Part shown: positions 1 through 13,250 of the stretch, one piece after another
Layout: every line of letters starts with the position of its first letter
Numbering within the stretch: the stretch's first letter is position 1
NCBI GenBank assembly: GCA_965235115.1
Contig: OZ249436.1
Location: 46,316,001-46,380,000, forward strand
Length of the DNA: 64,000 bases
Direction: 5' to 3'
Origin: Laetmonice hystrix
Lineage: Eukaryota
Made by a program: the position numbers and the translations under genes
The notes under the pieces: model-generated
Database searches by the model: none
What the model was told of the DNA's origin: nothing
What the model saw: the letters and a program-made list of their open reading frames with translations, nothing else

Positions 1-1000
1 TAGGATGGATTTTTGTTACTTTGTCTGAGTCAGGAAACTTGGCACTGACGGAACGAGCCTTTGTGTTTTGCAGTGTAGCTCTGGGACAAGATTGAACAGG
101 AGGGTATCTATTAACATCGAGTGTGAACACTGTGACATCCCCGCCCCTACAGGAGAGCTCAGCCTATAACATTAAACTCAAGTGGTGCAAATCCTTTTCG
201 GCTCAGCCTATAAGAGGACTTGAAATTCGTGCAAATCCATATTTTGTGAGTTGGATGATTTCCCAAAACGAGAACAAAGACTGAGATATTGTCTGAGGTC
301 AGCAGACATCATGAGTTCTTGATGTTATATCATGTCGTGTTTGAAAGTATATCATGTGAGGATGGACCTTTTACTTGGTGACGCATCCCCAGGGATGTGA
401 GAGGGTTGCGCTGGGCTGGGCTTGAGTGGAGTCGGCGAGGGTGTGGTGTGGGGTGTACAAGGGTTTGTGGCTGTGCTGGGAGAAAGGGGGCAGTCCTGCC
501 GGTGGGATGTTGGAAAGAGAATCATGGAAAAAGTACACTAATACATAAAACAATGCGATATAATTAGGTCATCTCACGAAGCATAAAAGTAGGCATATGT
601 TGAGCTTGTTGTAGTCATGAGTCATCAGAGTAAATGGCCCAACCCTGCCGTGATGGCCTTGTGAAAGGAGATAGTGTGGGCCTAGATATGAGCAGATGAT
701 GTGACTGTCTGACAGTCGGCGTCCACCCCAGTTGTCATGTCAACAAGCCTACAGTCGGCTGATGTGCCATTGGCTTTCATGTGACTAATCATGGGAGGGG
801 AGACAGGTGGCAATGCCACCAGGTGGACATCGTCAGGTGGCGATAATGAGGGATGATCGTAAATATGGGTGGCCCAGGTTATAAGGCCAATCTTTGTTTG
901 CTTTTAATGTTACACGCAGACGTTTTGTGGCACGTTTCCACCGCCCAAGGGGAACATGCATTTCCCTTTCTGTTGGCGACATGGTTGTTGATTGGAACAA
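1..1000 (-). mobile_element. Possible highly decayed DIRS/Ngaro-like relic (RNase H end running into tyrosine recombinase start)
   Basis: Minus-strand fragments 'WGGRRLSDSHII', 'HDSLS' and 'PAQPQTLVHPTPHP' loosely resemble the DIRS RNase H C-terminus (WG..W...I, ADSLSR...AP.A...PTP); many stops and frameshifts. Confidence 0.3.
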
Positions 1001-2200
1001 CGAACCACGAATTAACCACACACATGTCTCCTTACAACTGCCAGTTAAATTTTTAAACTTCCTCTTCCTTACTTTGCAACTCTAGATAACATTCAGGCAT
1101 CTAGATGTGATTAACATATCGTATGGTGAGAAAATAGATTTTACAACACGATATCATACAGCCGATAACTTTGTAATAGGCTCTAACGTAATGTTTCTCG
1201 AAAGAGACCAAACGAACACATTTTTTCACAGATGATCTGCCAATTCAAATAGTGATCTTTTCAATCAATAATTATTGAAGTAGACAATGTCAGGACATAA
1301 AGAAATGCAACAACGCCTGACCAATAATTGCTGTTATACAACATGTACTTATGTAGGCATACATGTCTATGTGTGGTGAAGAAGCCATCTTTGCTTGTAA
1401 AGATCTTATCCACGACCCAAGCATTTAAAATGACAATGAACATTTCTGTATCACAATCAGCGTTTGGCTAGAGCGTCTCTATCCCAATTAGGCTCGTATT
1501 TAACATAGTTCATCCTGAAACTTTGTCATGGCATATTTAAAGACAGACTAATGGCATCAGACAAAGAGACAGAGTACAGGTGGCATTATGAAATGATTTA
1601 AAACTGAAATGGCATGAATTATAAACGCTAGATGGCAGTTGATATTCTGTCTATAATGGATTGTATTTGGTGACCTTGTGGAAGAGGATCTCCTAAAGGG
1701 CGATAAAACCGTCCCATTAAACCATTAAAATGTGCCGCTACCATTGTGTGGCGGAACACGAGATTAGTTCTTTCAGTATTATTACAAAGTATGAACAGTT
1801 TTAGGAATTGTTTTTGATCAGATATACCAGAGAAATATTGCCATTCACCTAATAACAGGCGTGCTATTCATGTTACTACCGAACTCTTTTCTGACGCGTG
1901 TTGTTACGAGCATGGTAACCATGCTATGTGGTGCTCTCAGCCATCGCAGTACTTGGACGCTTTGTGCTAGACACATCAAATAAATAAATCACATGTAAAT
2001 ATAGACACCGTATGTGTGCACAGCCTGCCAGTGTGTCTCTTACAATTCGAACCACCTTGTAATATCTCTTCACAGTTTACACTTGTCTCGTGTAACATTA
2101 CGACGTACAATACAGACCACCAAAGTGGCAACCGACAAAAAATAGCACGTACGTTATCGCTGTGATAATTGAACCCAGGTTTGTACACAGTTCTTTGAAC

Positions 2201-2287
2201 TCTGTCTCTGTCTCTGTCTCTGTCTCTGTCGCTTTCTCCCTCCCTCTCTCCCTCTCTCTCTCTGTCTCTGTCTCTGCCTCTCGCTCG

Positions 2288-2333
<46 letters not shown>

Positions 2334-2342
2334 CCTCCCTTT

Positions 2343-2381
<39 letters not shown>

Positions 2382-2496
2382 TCTCTCCCTCACTCTCTCT
2401 CTCTCTCTCTCCCTCTCTCTCTCTCTGTCTCTCTCTCTCTCTCCCCCTCTCCCTCTCTCTCCCTCTCTCTCTCTCTGTCTCTGCCCCTCGCTCGCT

Positions 2497-2556
<60 letters not shown>

Positions 2557-2761
2557 CCTCCCTTTCCCTCCCTCTCGCCCCCCTCTCTCTCTCTCTCTCC
2601 CCCCCTCTCTCTCTCTCCCTCACTCTCTCTCTCTCTCCTTCCCCCTCCCTCTCTCTCTCCCTCTCTCTCTTCCTCCTTCCCTCTCTCCCCTCCCCCTCCC
2701 TCTCTCTTTCCCTCCCTGTCTCTCGCCCCCTCTTCCTCTCTCTCTCTCTCTCTCTCTCTCT
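2201..2761. repeat. Complex (CT)n/(CTCTGT)n polypyrimidine microsatellite
   Basis: Directly visible; produces the spurious ER/SL-rich ORFs at 2154-2890. Confidence 0.97.
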
Positions 2762-3479
2762 GGGCTGACAAGCCCAGGTGGCCCATTGGTGTATCCTGGC
2801 GGGTGATGCGGGTACGACTTCAAGCATGCACTCAATCACACAATCGTTTGATTCGCGGACATTGAATTGGTGAGCCGCGCATTGATACACAGCGGTGTCG
2901 ACACGTCCGAATCACTCCTCGACATTCATTGCAGAGTGTGTATAGAAGGAAAAACGTTCAATAATGAACTCATCACTGATATTGGGATTACATTTTACAT
3001 TAGAATAGATTTAATATGGCAAGTAATTATATTATTAATTTTAATCAAGCGTCCATGTCATGTGCCAGTGTAATATGCAGAAAATTGTCGTCGGCACTGA
3101 GGCATCTCGAGTTATTCCTTCATAACGTCGCTTTGTTAAATATTAAATTTTATAAGTCAGTATTATGACATACGCACAGCATATTACATTTCTTTCAGCA
3201 TACGGTACGCCTACACCCACGGACACCACACACCTTGACGTGCAGAAAGACTGTAGACCAGTTATGTAAATAATATAAACAGAATAATGGGTTTATATGT
3301 GCTTCACCGTCATCACTTCATCTCTAGGTCTAATCCGGTTTGTGTATATCCCTCGGTTATCAATGATCGCGTCTGAGTACGCATGCGCGAGAACAGAGAG
3401 GTCATTCATCTGACCTCCAGTCTGAGAGGACCGATGTCGTCCAGAATGTTCACAGGAAAACTCATGGAAAAACGGACCA

Positions 3480-3627
3480 AACGTGTTACTACACTAAACC
3501 TAACGTGTTACTACACTAAACCTAACGTGTTACTGCACTAAACCTAACGTGTTACTGCACTAAACCTAACGTGTTACTGCACTAAACCTAACGTGTTACT
3601 GCACTAAACCTAACGTGTTACTGCACT
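3480..3627. repeat. 22-bp tandem repeat, about 6.7 copies
   Basis: Unit AACGTGTTACT(A/G)CACTAAACCT. Confidence 0.95.
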
Positions 3628-4443
3628 CCAAGATTTCAAGATTCTGCCTTTTTTACAGGCTAGACCTATATAGACAAAAGGACTGGAGTTTGACTGTTTT
3701 ATATCCCGTGATTCACATGTAACCCCGCCCCCTGCACACCAAAAATTTGGTGGCGCCCTGTCCCCCCCCCCCTCCCCCGGGTTTCCAAGCTTCCTGATGT
3801 ACTGCGTTTGTTGGGCCGGGGTTCTAAGTTCACCCGGAGCGGGGGACCCCCCTCGAAGATGGCGTGTACTGGACGCAGTACCAGGTGAGTTGGTACACGT
3901 GACCGGCGGTGGTGCAGGCAGGCACCGCCCGCCAGCACCACTAGCCACCACCCGTCAGTTCTACGTTTGTTCTGCTACTGGTCTCTCAGGTTATTGTGGT
4001 TTGTCTACAACACCATGAAATCCACATAAATAATGCAACTCTTGTACCGAGTGACCCAATATTGGCAGGCTACTCCAGGTAATCATATATCTACCATATA
4101 CGTACATATAGTTTTTATTGCGCTGCAGTAGGTGCATCTAACGACGGAGGAGAGTGGTTGAGGTGTGAAGTGCAGCTGCAGTGGTGATGCCCCGACCGTA
4201 TTTTTGATCCAAACACCATTCTGATCAGCCAGTCAACTGTAAAAATGTCGACATTGTGTTATCGCAGCACTCACAGGTAAATAGCGGAGTCAGAAATAGC
4301 ACTCAGATATCTTATAGTTATCATTTACACCACCTGAACCGTAAGGACAAGTGCTAATCCAGGTGTTAATTACTGTGAATTATATAGTTCCAAAAAGTTT
4401 GTGATATGAGGACATGTTGAAAGAAATGAGTATTGCCTCCTTT

Positions 4444-4866
4444 TTATGGACCCAATTGCCTAGATCCTAGCTTTCTTCACTCCACATTTATGGACCCAAT
4501 TGCCTAGATCCTAGCTTTCTTGAATCTACATTTCTGGACTCAATTGCCTATCCTAGCTTTCGTTAATCTACATAAAAAGATTTATGGCCCCAATTGCCTA
4601 CCCTAGCTTTCTTCACTCTACATTTATGACTCAATTGCCTATCTTAGATTTCTTCACTCTACCATTATGACCCAATTGCCTACCCTAGCTTTCTTCACTC
4701 CACATTTATTAGCCAATTGCCTAGATCCTAGCTTTCTTCACTCCACATTTATGAGCCAATTGCCTAGATCCTAGCTTTCTTCACTCTATATTTATGACCC
4801 AATTGCCTACCCTAGCTTTCTTTATTCTACATCGATGGACCCCAAGCCTATCTAGCTTTCTTCACT
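4444..4866. repeat. Degenerate 40-45-bp tandem repeat, about 10 copies
   Basis: Core CCAATTGCCTA(GAT)CCTAGCTTTCTTCACTC(C/T)ACATTTATG; units are noticeably diverged. Confidence 0.9.
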
Positions 4867-5444
4867 TTAATGGCCACCATTACCTTTCCTAACACTGCCC
4901 CCCCCCCCATACACCCACACCCACATTCAGGGATCTCGATTCCTTCCCTACCCGTCTTCACTCTACATTGGTTGGTTTAACCTCTCCACTGGACCAGGTG
5001 CAGCACGCCACAAGTTCCGCCCACCTGTTCACCGATGGGTGGACTGGAACACCAGTCAATAGTAGAGCGGCGCACAGCCTGGGGGTGGGGTGGGGTGGGT
5101 GGGGTGGGGTGGGGCGGGGAGATGAGGGGGTGAACAACGTCTGACGGGCGCCGAGAGCCCAGCACGATTGATCCTCACCGAATAGCTAACTCGCCAACAG
5201 AAAGTCAAACACCTATCAATAATAAACCGCCGGGTATACCAAGAGAAACACCACCGCCAGCAAAATTAAGGGGAAAAAAAGAAAAGTACTTTTGTATGTT
5301 TTGTATATATAGTAAAAAGGCATTTTGTAACCATTACCTCAAATAATTACTGACCATTTCGGCGCTCTTTGGGGAAAAAAGGTTGGTATTGGAACAACTT
5401 AGGTCTTTTTGCAAATAAAGTGTGATGATATCCACAGGGTTATT

Positions 5445-5852
5445 GACTGCTATTATCTCAGTGTTAGAGGTAAGTAATCTTTGATAATGGGGGACCATCT
5501 CAGTGGCAGGTAAACACACTTGATTAGACAGCTATTACCTCAGTGTTAGAGGAAAGTAATCTTTGGTAATGGGGGACCATCTCAGTGGCAGGTAAACACA
5601 CTTGATTAGACTGCTATTACCTCAGTGTTAGAGGTAAGTAATCTTTGATAATGGGGGACCATCTCAGTAACAGGTAAACACACTTGATTAGACTGCTATT
5701 ATCTCAGTGTTAGAGGTAAGTAATCTTTGGTAATGGGGGACCATCTCAGTAACAGGTAAACACACTTGATTAGACTGCAATTATCTTAGTGTTAGAGGTA
5801 AGTAATCTTTGGTAATGGGGGACCATCTCAGTGGCAGGTAAACACACTTGAT
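5445..5852. repeat. 82-bp tandem repeat, 5 copies
   Basis: Units start at 5445, 5527, 5609, 5691 and 5773 (GACTGCTATTATCTCAGTGTTAGAGGTAAGT...). Confidence 0.95.
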
Positions 5853-5939
5853 CAGGCGCAGTTATCACCCAACTCGATTGGTGTGTAATTGCCCGAAAGT
5901 CCTTTTTAATTCATGATATCATCACCAAGAGATTACAAA

Positions 5940-7050
5940 GAGAAACACCTTTAATATTTCAGACGTGGACATTATAACATTTGGTCCGGACTCGGTGACC
6001 TTCAGGTATTGTTCAAGGCGCCCCCTGGTGGAGTAATTAGTTCCATTAAATTCACATGAGGTCATGTCCCTTGGAGCCGTGTTTACGACCATTGCCAAAT
6101 TGCTGTGCTGGTTGATTGGACATGTTCACGAACGACTACCACAGAATATGGACGTTGTATAACAACATTGAACAACGGTAACACACTAAACTGATACATT
6201 CTGCTCTATAGACACAGGCCCATTGCTCATAACAACATTGAACAACGGTAACACACTAAACTGATACATTCCGCTCTATAGACACAGGCCCATTGCTCAT
6301 AACAACATTGAACAACGGTAACACACTAAACTGATACATTCCGCTCTATAGACACAGGCCCATTGCTCATAACAACATTGAACAACGGTAACACACTAAA
6401 CTGATACATTCCGCTCTATAGACACAGGCCCATTGCTCATAACAACATTGAACAACGGTAACACACTAAACTGATACATTCCGCTCTATAGACACAGGCC
6501 CATTGCTTATAACAGCATTGAACAACGGTAATACACTAAACTGATACATTCCGCTCTATAGACACAGGCCCATTGCTCATAACAACATTGAACAACAGTA
6601 ACACACTAAACTGATACATTCCGCTCTATAGACACAGGTCCATTGCTCATAACAACATTGAACAACGGTAACACACTAAACTGATACATTCCGCTCTATA
6701 GACACAGGCCCATTGCTCATAACAACATTGAACAACGGTAACACACTAAACTGATACATTCCGCTCTATAGACACAGGCCCATTGCTCATAACAACATTG
6801 AACAACGGTAACACACTAAACTGATACATTCCGCTCTATAGACACAGGCCCATTGCTCATAACAACATTGAACAACAGTAACACACTAAACTGATACATT
6901 CCGCTCTATAGACACAGGCCCATTGCTCATTACAACATTGAACAACGGTAACACACTAAACTGATACATTCCGCTCTAGACACAGGCCAATTGCTCATGT
7001 TGGCGCAGTAATAACCCCAAGTGAATTATATCAATGGAGTATAAATAGCA
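5940..7050 (+). mobile_element. Decayed LINE (CR1/L2-like) RT N-terminal relic containing the 70-bp array
   Basis: 'FGPDSVTFR...LVPL...MSLGAVF..IAK' before the array; 'HRPIA' (YRPIS/A) inside the unit and just after it. Confidence 0.5.
6160..6998. repeat. 70-bp tandem repeat, about 12 near-identical copies
   Basis: Unit AACAACATTGAACAACGGTAACACACTAAACTGATACATTCCGCTCTATAGACACAGGCCCATTGCTCAT. Confidence 0.97.
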
Positions 7051-7129
7051 TACGTCAACAGTTACGGGAGACTGTACAATGTATAGCATACAATATGAAT
7101 CGGTGGTCTGAATGGTTTGTCGCTGCCAA

Positions 7130-7790
7130 TATACTGACTTGTTACACACTATAATCAGCTCTTACCCTGCCAGCAAGGCTGTTTCAGTGTTTATCCAATG
7201 AAGAGAGCAATCATGTGTTGGCTGTTATGTGGCTAAGGCCAGGACTGAAGCAAGAAGCCAATATAAGCAATAAATGGTTACATGTGTCTAGTCTATACTA
7301 GGGCAGGGAAACAGGCACTTAGCCAGACATTCGGCAACCTGTATAACGGCGGGAGCGATCGTGGTGTGTCTGGTGAAATCTCTCCTCATATCATTTCTAT
7401 CTCTGAAACACAAACATAGATCACATGAGAATGACACATTTCTATCTCTGAAACACAAACATAGATCACATGAGAATGACACATTTCTATCTCTGAAACA
7501 CAAACATAGATCACATGAGAATGACACATTTCTATCTCTGAAACACAAACATAGATCACATGAGAATGACACATTTCCATCTCTGAAACACAAACATAGA
7601 TCACATGAGAATGACACATTTCTATCTCTGAAACACAAACATAGATCACATGAGAATGACATTTCTTTAAATGTATGACAAGATACGGCGGAAGGCTGAA
7701 TTTCACGAATGAATTGTATTCTGCTACTGGGATTACACAGGCCTAAAGATCGCTAACATTATTTTAGTGAGATTACTACAACAGGACACT
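7130..7790 (-). mobile_element. Decayed LINE RT relic containing the 45-bp array
   Basis: 'EYNSFVKFSLPP...LKK' upstream of the array; 'DMRR...IAPAVIQVAECLAK...SID' and 'PTHDCSLHWI..ALLAG' downstream, in expected RT order. Confidence 0.45.
7392..7666. repeat. 45-bp tandem repeat, about 6 copies
   Basis: Unit CATTTCTATCTCTGAAACACAAACATAGATCACATGAGAATGACA. Confidence 0.96.
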
Positions 7791-8066
7791 GGGGACAGTG
7801 ACGTCTGGAAACCATGTAGTAAGAGAAAAGGAGGCTACCTTTTCAAAAATATAGGACGACGGAGTCTAGCTTAGGCTGAGGGCTTAGCTCCGCTTCCCCA
7901 GATTATAAGTTCAGACGAATTCTGCCACCTTTCTGAAGCATCACCGACCTCCGTACTCCATGAAAGCCCCCCCCCCCCCGCTACAAACCTCCATTCAGTC
8001 GTAAGGTACTACCATCCTTGTTCTGAAGATGGTAGCCATGTAACAGATATATGCAATAACTATGTG

Positions 8067-8125
8067 CATACAATTCTCCATGCACCCATTCATACAATTC
8101 TCCATGCACCCATTCATACAATTCT
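8067..8125. repeat. 24-bp duplication, about 2.5 copies
   Basis: CATACAATTCTCCATGCACCCATT at 8067 and 8091, partial at 8115. Confidence 0.9.
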
Positions 8126-8284
8126 GAATAGCGATGCCCAGGTGCATCAAACATAAAGGTCGATGGGTGAGAACACTGGTTCGTAACATCAGAACCCCAT
8201 TCCGATACTCACCCCTCACTCTGTGCCCTCCATCCGACTGCACACCCCTTACCCTATGGAGGATTGTCATATATATTTCCTGTA

Positions 8285-8846
8285 TAAGATTATTCACTAA
8301 CATTATGTTTCCTGAATAAGATTATTCACTAACATTATATGTTTCATGAATAAGATTATTCACTAACATTATATGTTTCATGAATAAGATTATTCACTAA
8401 CATTATATGTTTCATGAATAAGATTATTCACTAACATTATGTTTCATGAATAAGATTATTCACTAACATTATATGTTTCCTGAATAAGATTATTCACTAA
8501 CATTATATGTTTCCTGAATAAGATTATTCACTAACATTATATGTTTCCTGAATAAGATTATTCACTAACATTATATGTTTCATGAATAAGATTATTCACT
8601 AACATTATATGTTTCATGAATAAGATTATTCACTAACATTATATGTTTCCTGAATAAGATTATTTACTAACATTATATGTTTCCTGAATAAGATTATTTA
8701 CTAACATTATATGTTTCCTGAATAAGATTATTCACTAACATATGTTTCCTGAATAAGATTATTCACTAACATTATATCTCTCCTGAATAAGATTATTCAC
8801 TAACATTATAAATATGTTTCCTGGATAAGATTATTCACAAACATTG
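8285..8846. repeat. 32-34-bp AT-rich tandem repeat, about 17 copies
   Basis: Unit ATAAGATTATTCACTAACATTATATGTTTC(C/A)TGA, containing TGAATAA-GA-TTATTCA dyad. Confidence 0.96.
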
Positions 8847-8848
8847 TG

Positions 8849-10153
8849 TGGTCGATTCTCACCAACTGTCGACAACTGGAAATTCTCATTTCTGTTCTGA
8901 ATAAATCTTTCAAAGTTATTTACTTTTGATTTCCCCCTATTCCATCGTATCCGACGTGTCGAGATCTTCACAAGGAACCCTACATTTGCATATCTATCAT
9001 CAAAATCAAGGGAGATAGAGCAAAATTAAACACCAGGAAAGGCCATTTTTTCACAAAAATCGCACAGATCATATAGTTTAAAGCATCTACGATAAGAAAA
9101 AATAAAACGAATGTAAGTTTTTTGATGATATTCAAGTAGTCTAAGGATTAAAGATATATTTTTTGTCTGTGCATCATGGGAATATTATTATGGAGATACA
9201 CTGAGTGACTTGATAATGATTGTGTAATTTTTAGTAGTTACCCGTCATGCTTTAATCAGCTGTCCCTGGTTCTCTCCAAATATAAGGTGCACACGAAAAA
9301 AATGTGCTATCATAATGTTTAATACCTCTATATGTATGAAGGTAAAAATAGAGAGAAAATACCTTAAACATTGAACATGGTTCTCATGGACTTCTAAAAC
9401 AATGGTTTGGTGTAGTTTTCTCGTAGTTACCCGTATGCACTTTACTATTGTACATCTCGTGTAGTTTTTACATTTAATTATCTGTGGTCTGCCTATAATA
9501 TCTTTATAATGTAAGGGACAATATGTGAAAATGATGAAATTGTACAAGCCCTGTAATGGTCAGTACAGAGGTCAAGGTAACCAGCGTGGTTACCCGTCAC
9601 GCGTGGTTACCCGTATCCCCCTGATGGTAATGCATGGAAATAGTCTGTGCCCGCCACCTATCGACGAGATGTGAAAGTATTACGTCAGAAACAGACGTCA
9701 AACAACGTCGTTAGGTGTTTGCGGTCGTTTCACCGGCAAGTCTAGTCAACTTATGGTGTCGCGGGTAACTACGGGGCGTACGGGTAACTACGTGGCGTAC
9801 GGGTAACTACAGTCTTTTAGGGAGGAAAACTGATGTAATAGAAGCTTCGCTGGTGGTATTACTTTGTTTTAACCTATCAGATATTTGAGTTCTTTATATT
9901 TTTACCCAGATATGCCACGAACAAAACCGAAATACATTTACGTAGGTTTAGGCAAATTAGGGGCATACGGGTAACTACACAGAATCCTTTGCTCTGTTGC
10001 TATGGTTACAGTTTTATGATTTAATGTTCCCAACTTAGCCTGTGGATACCCTAACCCCTGTACTCTGTGCACACAAAAGATTTTTATTATTATACCAAAT
10101 TTATTTTTTACCCCATTATATACCAGTTGTCGACAGTTGGTGAGAATCGACCG
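8849..10153. mobile_element. Non-autonomous TIR DNA transposon, about 1.3 kb, probably Tc1/mariner-pogo type (TA target)
   Basis: Perfect 30-bp inverted repeats GGTCGATTCTCACCAACTGTCGACAACTGG (8850-8879) and its reverse complement (10123-10152); right flank TA, left flank TG; no transposase ORF. Superfamily is inferred. Confidence 0.8.
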
Positions 10154-10599
10154 TATGTTTGTAGTGAAAATAAATGCACCGCACCAAGTGTTCTAACAGG
10201 AATCTATATCATGTACTTTGAATTAGGTTACTTGCCGTGCACCAGGAGCCAGTATGAGTCAGACATATAGCCGGGTCCCCAGCTCTATATTAACTTCGTA
10301 TATAGAGCCTGGCGTAGGCCAATCGAAGCGAGCATTGTGATTGGCCCATCGAAAACATGGACGCAAACGAGGTATAGTTCCGTACCCTCCGTATTTCTCC
10401 AACAAGACACAAATATTTTCATCAATCCCTTTAAAATACAAGTGTTAAATGTCCTCGCTTTTCTGGATGTAAACATAGCGTCAGCAGTCCCACCACCTGC
10501 TACGGTCTGCATACGCAGGGGCATGTTGCTATTGTTGGCCACTCCCGGCCACGCTCCAAGCAGAAGTCAATCACTCTGTTAACGCTGACCAACGGACCG

Positions 10600-10632
10600 G
10601 AGGCGGAAGTGATTAGCTCCGAGGCGGAAGTG
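10600..10632 (+). promoter_or_regulatory. Tandem ETS/GABP-type CGGAAGTG motifs
   Basis: GAGGCGGAAGTG twice, 21 bp apart, in a locally CpG-rich stretch; no linked exon identified. Confidence 0.25.
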
Positions 10633-11489
10633 CTTGGAGTTCACCACTTCCTTTTTACAGCTTTCTGTTAGCCATCACCGGGCCTAACATCAAGCGGATG
10701 CGTATGGTAAGGCGGCGGGGACCAGGCTATCAGACATACACCATGGTGCATGTTGACGACATATAAAGTCAGTTGTCGGTACATGCATGTGAACGTAATG
10801 ACATGGCGGCTGGGCGGGGTGGAGTGAGTTGCCTGCCGGGATGAGAAGGTTCAACATGACACATTGAGAGACATGTACGTTTACCTCAAGGAATGACTTT
10901 AGTGGTTCATCAGTTGAGCATGTGTCTAATGGCACGTATTTGTGCTAATCTGTGAGATAGACACTGACAGTACCGACACGCTCTTCTACATAAAGATGTT
11001 ATCGCTGATAACGTCATTTTGTAAGGACATCATCTGCCAAGATGTATTTATATTACATGCTTTCTTTTGCATTTCCTTACTAAAAACTGCCGCCGTAACG
11101 TTTGTGAGATACTTAGTCATCCAATGTAAAGTGAAGGTTGGGTTGGGGGAGTCTGTGATCAAAGCAGACTTCATGATACGGTGAACGGACAGTACCAGGA
11201 ACTACCCATCAAGTGTAGAGATGAAGATACGGCTGGCCTTCGTATAAAGGGTTATACTGAGGTATACATACTACTCCAGCATCACCGGCCTACCAGGGCT
11301 CGTGTGGCAGATCATTCTGTCTTTGACAGTGTTCATGCTACCTTGACATCAGAATGTGTTAGATCTGGGCCCTTTCCAAGGAGGAAAGTCTCTGGCAATC
11401 ATCTACAGGAAGCGTAAGTATGCCATGTTACAATGCGCGATTCAACGAGAAATACAGCGGCCCAAACTGGCGACATCCAAATTCCGGTT

Positions 11490-11940
11490 CCGGTCATTTA
11501 GCCTCGGTAGACCCATCGAAAAGCTTTCTCTCAACTTCAACCCGTGATAACTCCACAATTATTGTTTTCTTATTCATCAAATTTACTATACATCAGAGGC
11601 TATGCCATATAGATACCCGATATCATCTGCCAAGGGTATGCCATATAGATACCCGATATCATCTGCCAAGGCTATGCCATATAGATACCCGATATCATCT
11701 GCCAAGGCTATGCCATATAGATACCCAATATCATCTGCCAAGGCTATACCATATAGATACCCGATATCATCTGCCAAGGTCATGCCATATACCAGATATC
11801 ATCTGCCAAGGCTATGCCATATAGATACCCGATATCATCTGACAAGGCTATGACATATAGATACCCGATATCATCTGCCAAAGTAATGCCATATAGATAC
11901 ACGTAGTATTTACCCCTATCTAAATCTGAATCTCTTTCCA
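11490..11940 (+). mobile_element. Possible decayed LINE RT N-terminal relic containing the 36-bp array
   Basis: 'HLASVDPSKS' (L..LDPSKA) before the array; 'LP' within the unit and 'SIYPYL' after it. Confidence 0.35.
11598..11900. repeat. 36-bp tandem repeat, about 8 copies
   Basis: Unit GGCTATGCCATATAGATACCCGATATCATCTGCCAA. Confidence 0.96.
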
Positions 11941-12529
11941 TTAAAATCCTCTGGAGGATCTTTAGGACTACAAAAGTGTGAGTGATGCCCTCGTTCTCCT
12001 GTTATTATGTCATATATTTCTTGAATGTATCATTAGAAGTTGGGGACCACGGTGGCCCAGGAGTCTAGGGATCTTAATGGCCATTACAAGGCCCTCTCCT
12101 TGGGGGTCCCATCTCTGTTTGTAGTTTTTTTCCGCCTCCGCGTTCTCACTTTGATGGTTCGGATTTTCAAATCGTAATTGCCGGTTATGAAGTCCTTCTT
12201 ATGTGGATATGTGTGTGGTTTATTGTGGTTTGAAGAGGATAGTTACAGGCACTGAGCTAGGACCAGATATGGCTTAGAAAGACCAGTGGAATGTACCAAC
12301 TCCCCCTGTGTAGTTGGGGAGTGTATCTCATCACTTTAAAAGGCAGCAAATACCATTTTCTAATAATCACGTGGCCAACACGCAGACCTATCAAATTGAC
12401 GCAGTGATGTTGTCATCACGGCCGCACGGACAGGCTGAATGTACCTATCATCACTCTGTCACATAGAATCTCTCCTGAAAAGGCGCGGATTTCCCGGCTG
12501 CTGTGACTGACAGAACCGGCCGTGTTGAG

Positions 12530-12880
12530 GGTGTCATGCCCGTACAGGAGAGGTCAAAGTTCTTGATGTTCTAACAGCGATGGCTGTTACTAAACAGGGC
12601 CCAGGGAGACAGCAATGGTGACCGTTGGGGCCCTCCAGGACGGGGGCTGTACATTTGTCTGCTCGTCCGCGGGGCACGGGGCCAAATTGGCTTGCTTTTG
12701 TAGGTGGCCTGTATCGGCGGTGATGGCCTGCCCAAGGACCCCCAAAGGGCTGGCCTGTTTTACAGTGTTAACATTGTCAGGGATCCCTTCTCCTGCCTGG
12801 AACTTCTGAGGCGGAGAGAATTACAACACGGGAGGCGGGGAGGGTCGCAGTATTCCTGCTGGCACTGGCTCAATCTCAGC
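12530..12880 (-). mobile_element. Decayed DIRS/Ngaro-like reverse transcriptase N-terminal relic
   Basis: Across frames, in order: 'EVPGRR', 'ASPLGVL' (SPLGVVPK), 'RRYRP', 'IAVSLGP', 'NIKNF' (DIKNAF), 'SPVRA' (LPVRP). Confidence 0.5.
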
Positions 12881-12906
12881 ATTTCCGGTGCTGTTTAATC
12901 TCTATA

Positions 12907-13112
12907 CTCTCTCTCTCTCTGCCCATTGGGATCTGTCGTCTCTTTTTCTATCTGCCCATTGGGAGCTGTCGTCCCTCTCTATCTCTCTCCCTTCTCTGTC
13001 TTTCTCCCTCACTCCCTCGCTCTGTCTCTCTCCCTCTCTTTCCCTCTCTTTCTCGATCTCCACCCCTCTCTCTCATTCTCTCTCTGTCTCTCCTATCTCT
13101 CTCTCATCCCCC

Positions 13113-13164
<52 letters not shown>

Positions 13165-13250
13165 CTATATATCTCTCTCTCATTCCCCCTCCCCTCTCTC
13201 TCTCTCTCTCTCTCTCTCCCTCTCTCTGTGCCCATTGGGAGCTGTCCTCT
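12907..13250. repeat. (CT)n-rich microsatellite with TGCCCATTGGGA motif at both ends
   Basis: Visible CT tract; TGCCCATTGGGA(G/T)CTGTC occurs twice at the left end and once at the right end. Confidence 0.93.

Larger units (their letters stand above)
4200..5880 (-). mobile_element. Decayed CR1-like LINE ORF2 (RT) relic hosting two minisatellites
   Basis: Collinear minus-strand remnants: 'NNPVDIITLYLQKDL' (VDIIYLDFQKAF), 'VSLGIPGGLLL' (SGIPQGSVLG), 'TCGVLHL' (KC.VLHL), 'VKKARI.AIGSIKR' (VKKAN..LG.IKR), 'FLELYNSQ.LTP' (F..LYKS.VRP). Confidence 0.6.

Noticed and set aside
2154..2890. ER/SL-rich ORFs (also 12888-13486)
   Set aside because: Translations of (CT)n microsatellites.
10291..10303. TAACTTCGTATA resembling a loxP arm; weaker lox-like dyad near 11237-11262
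   Set aside because: Only a half site here; the second has mismatched arms and a 6-bp spacer. Chance is likely.
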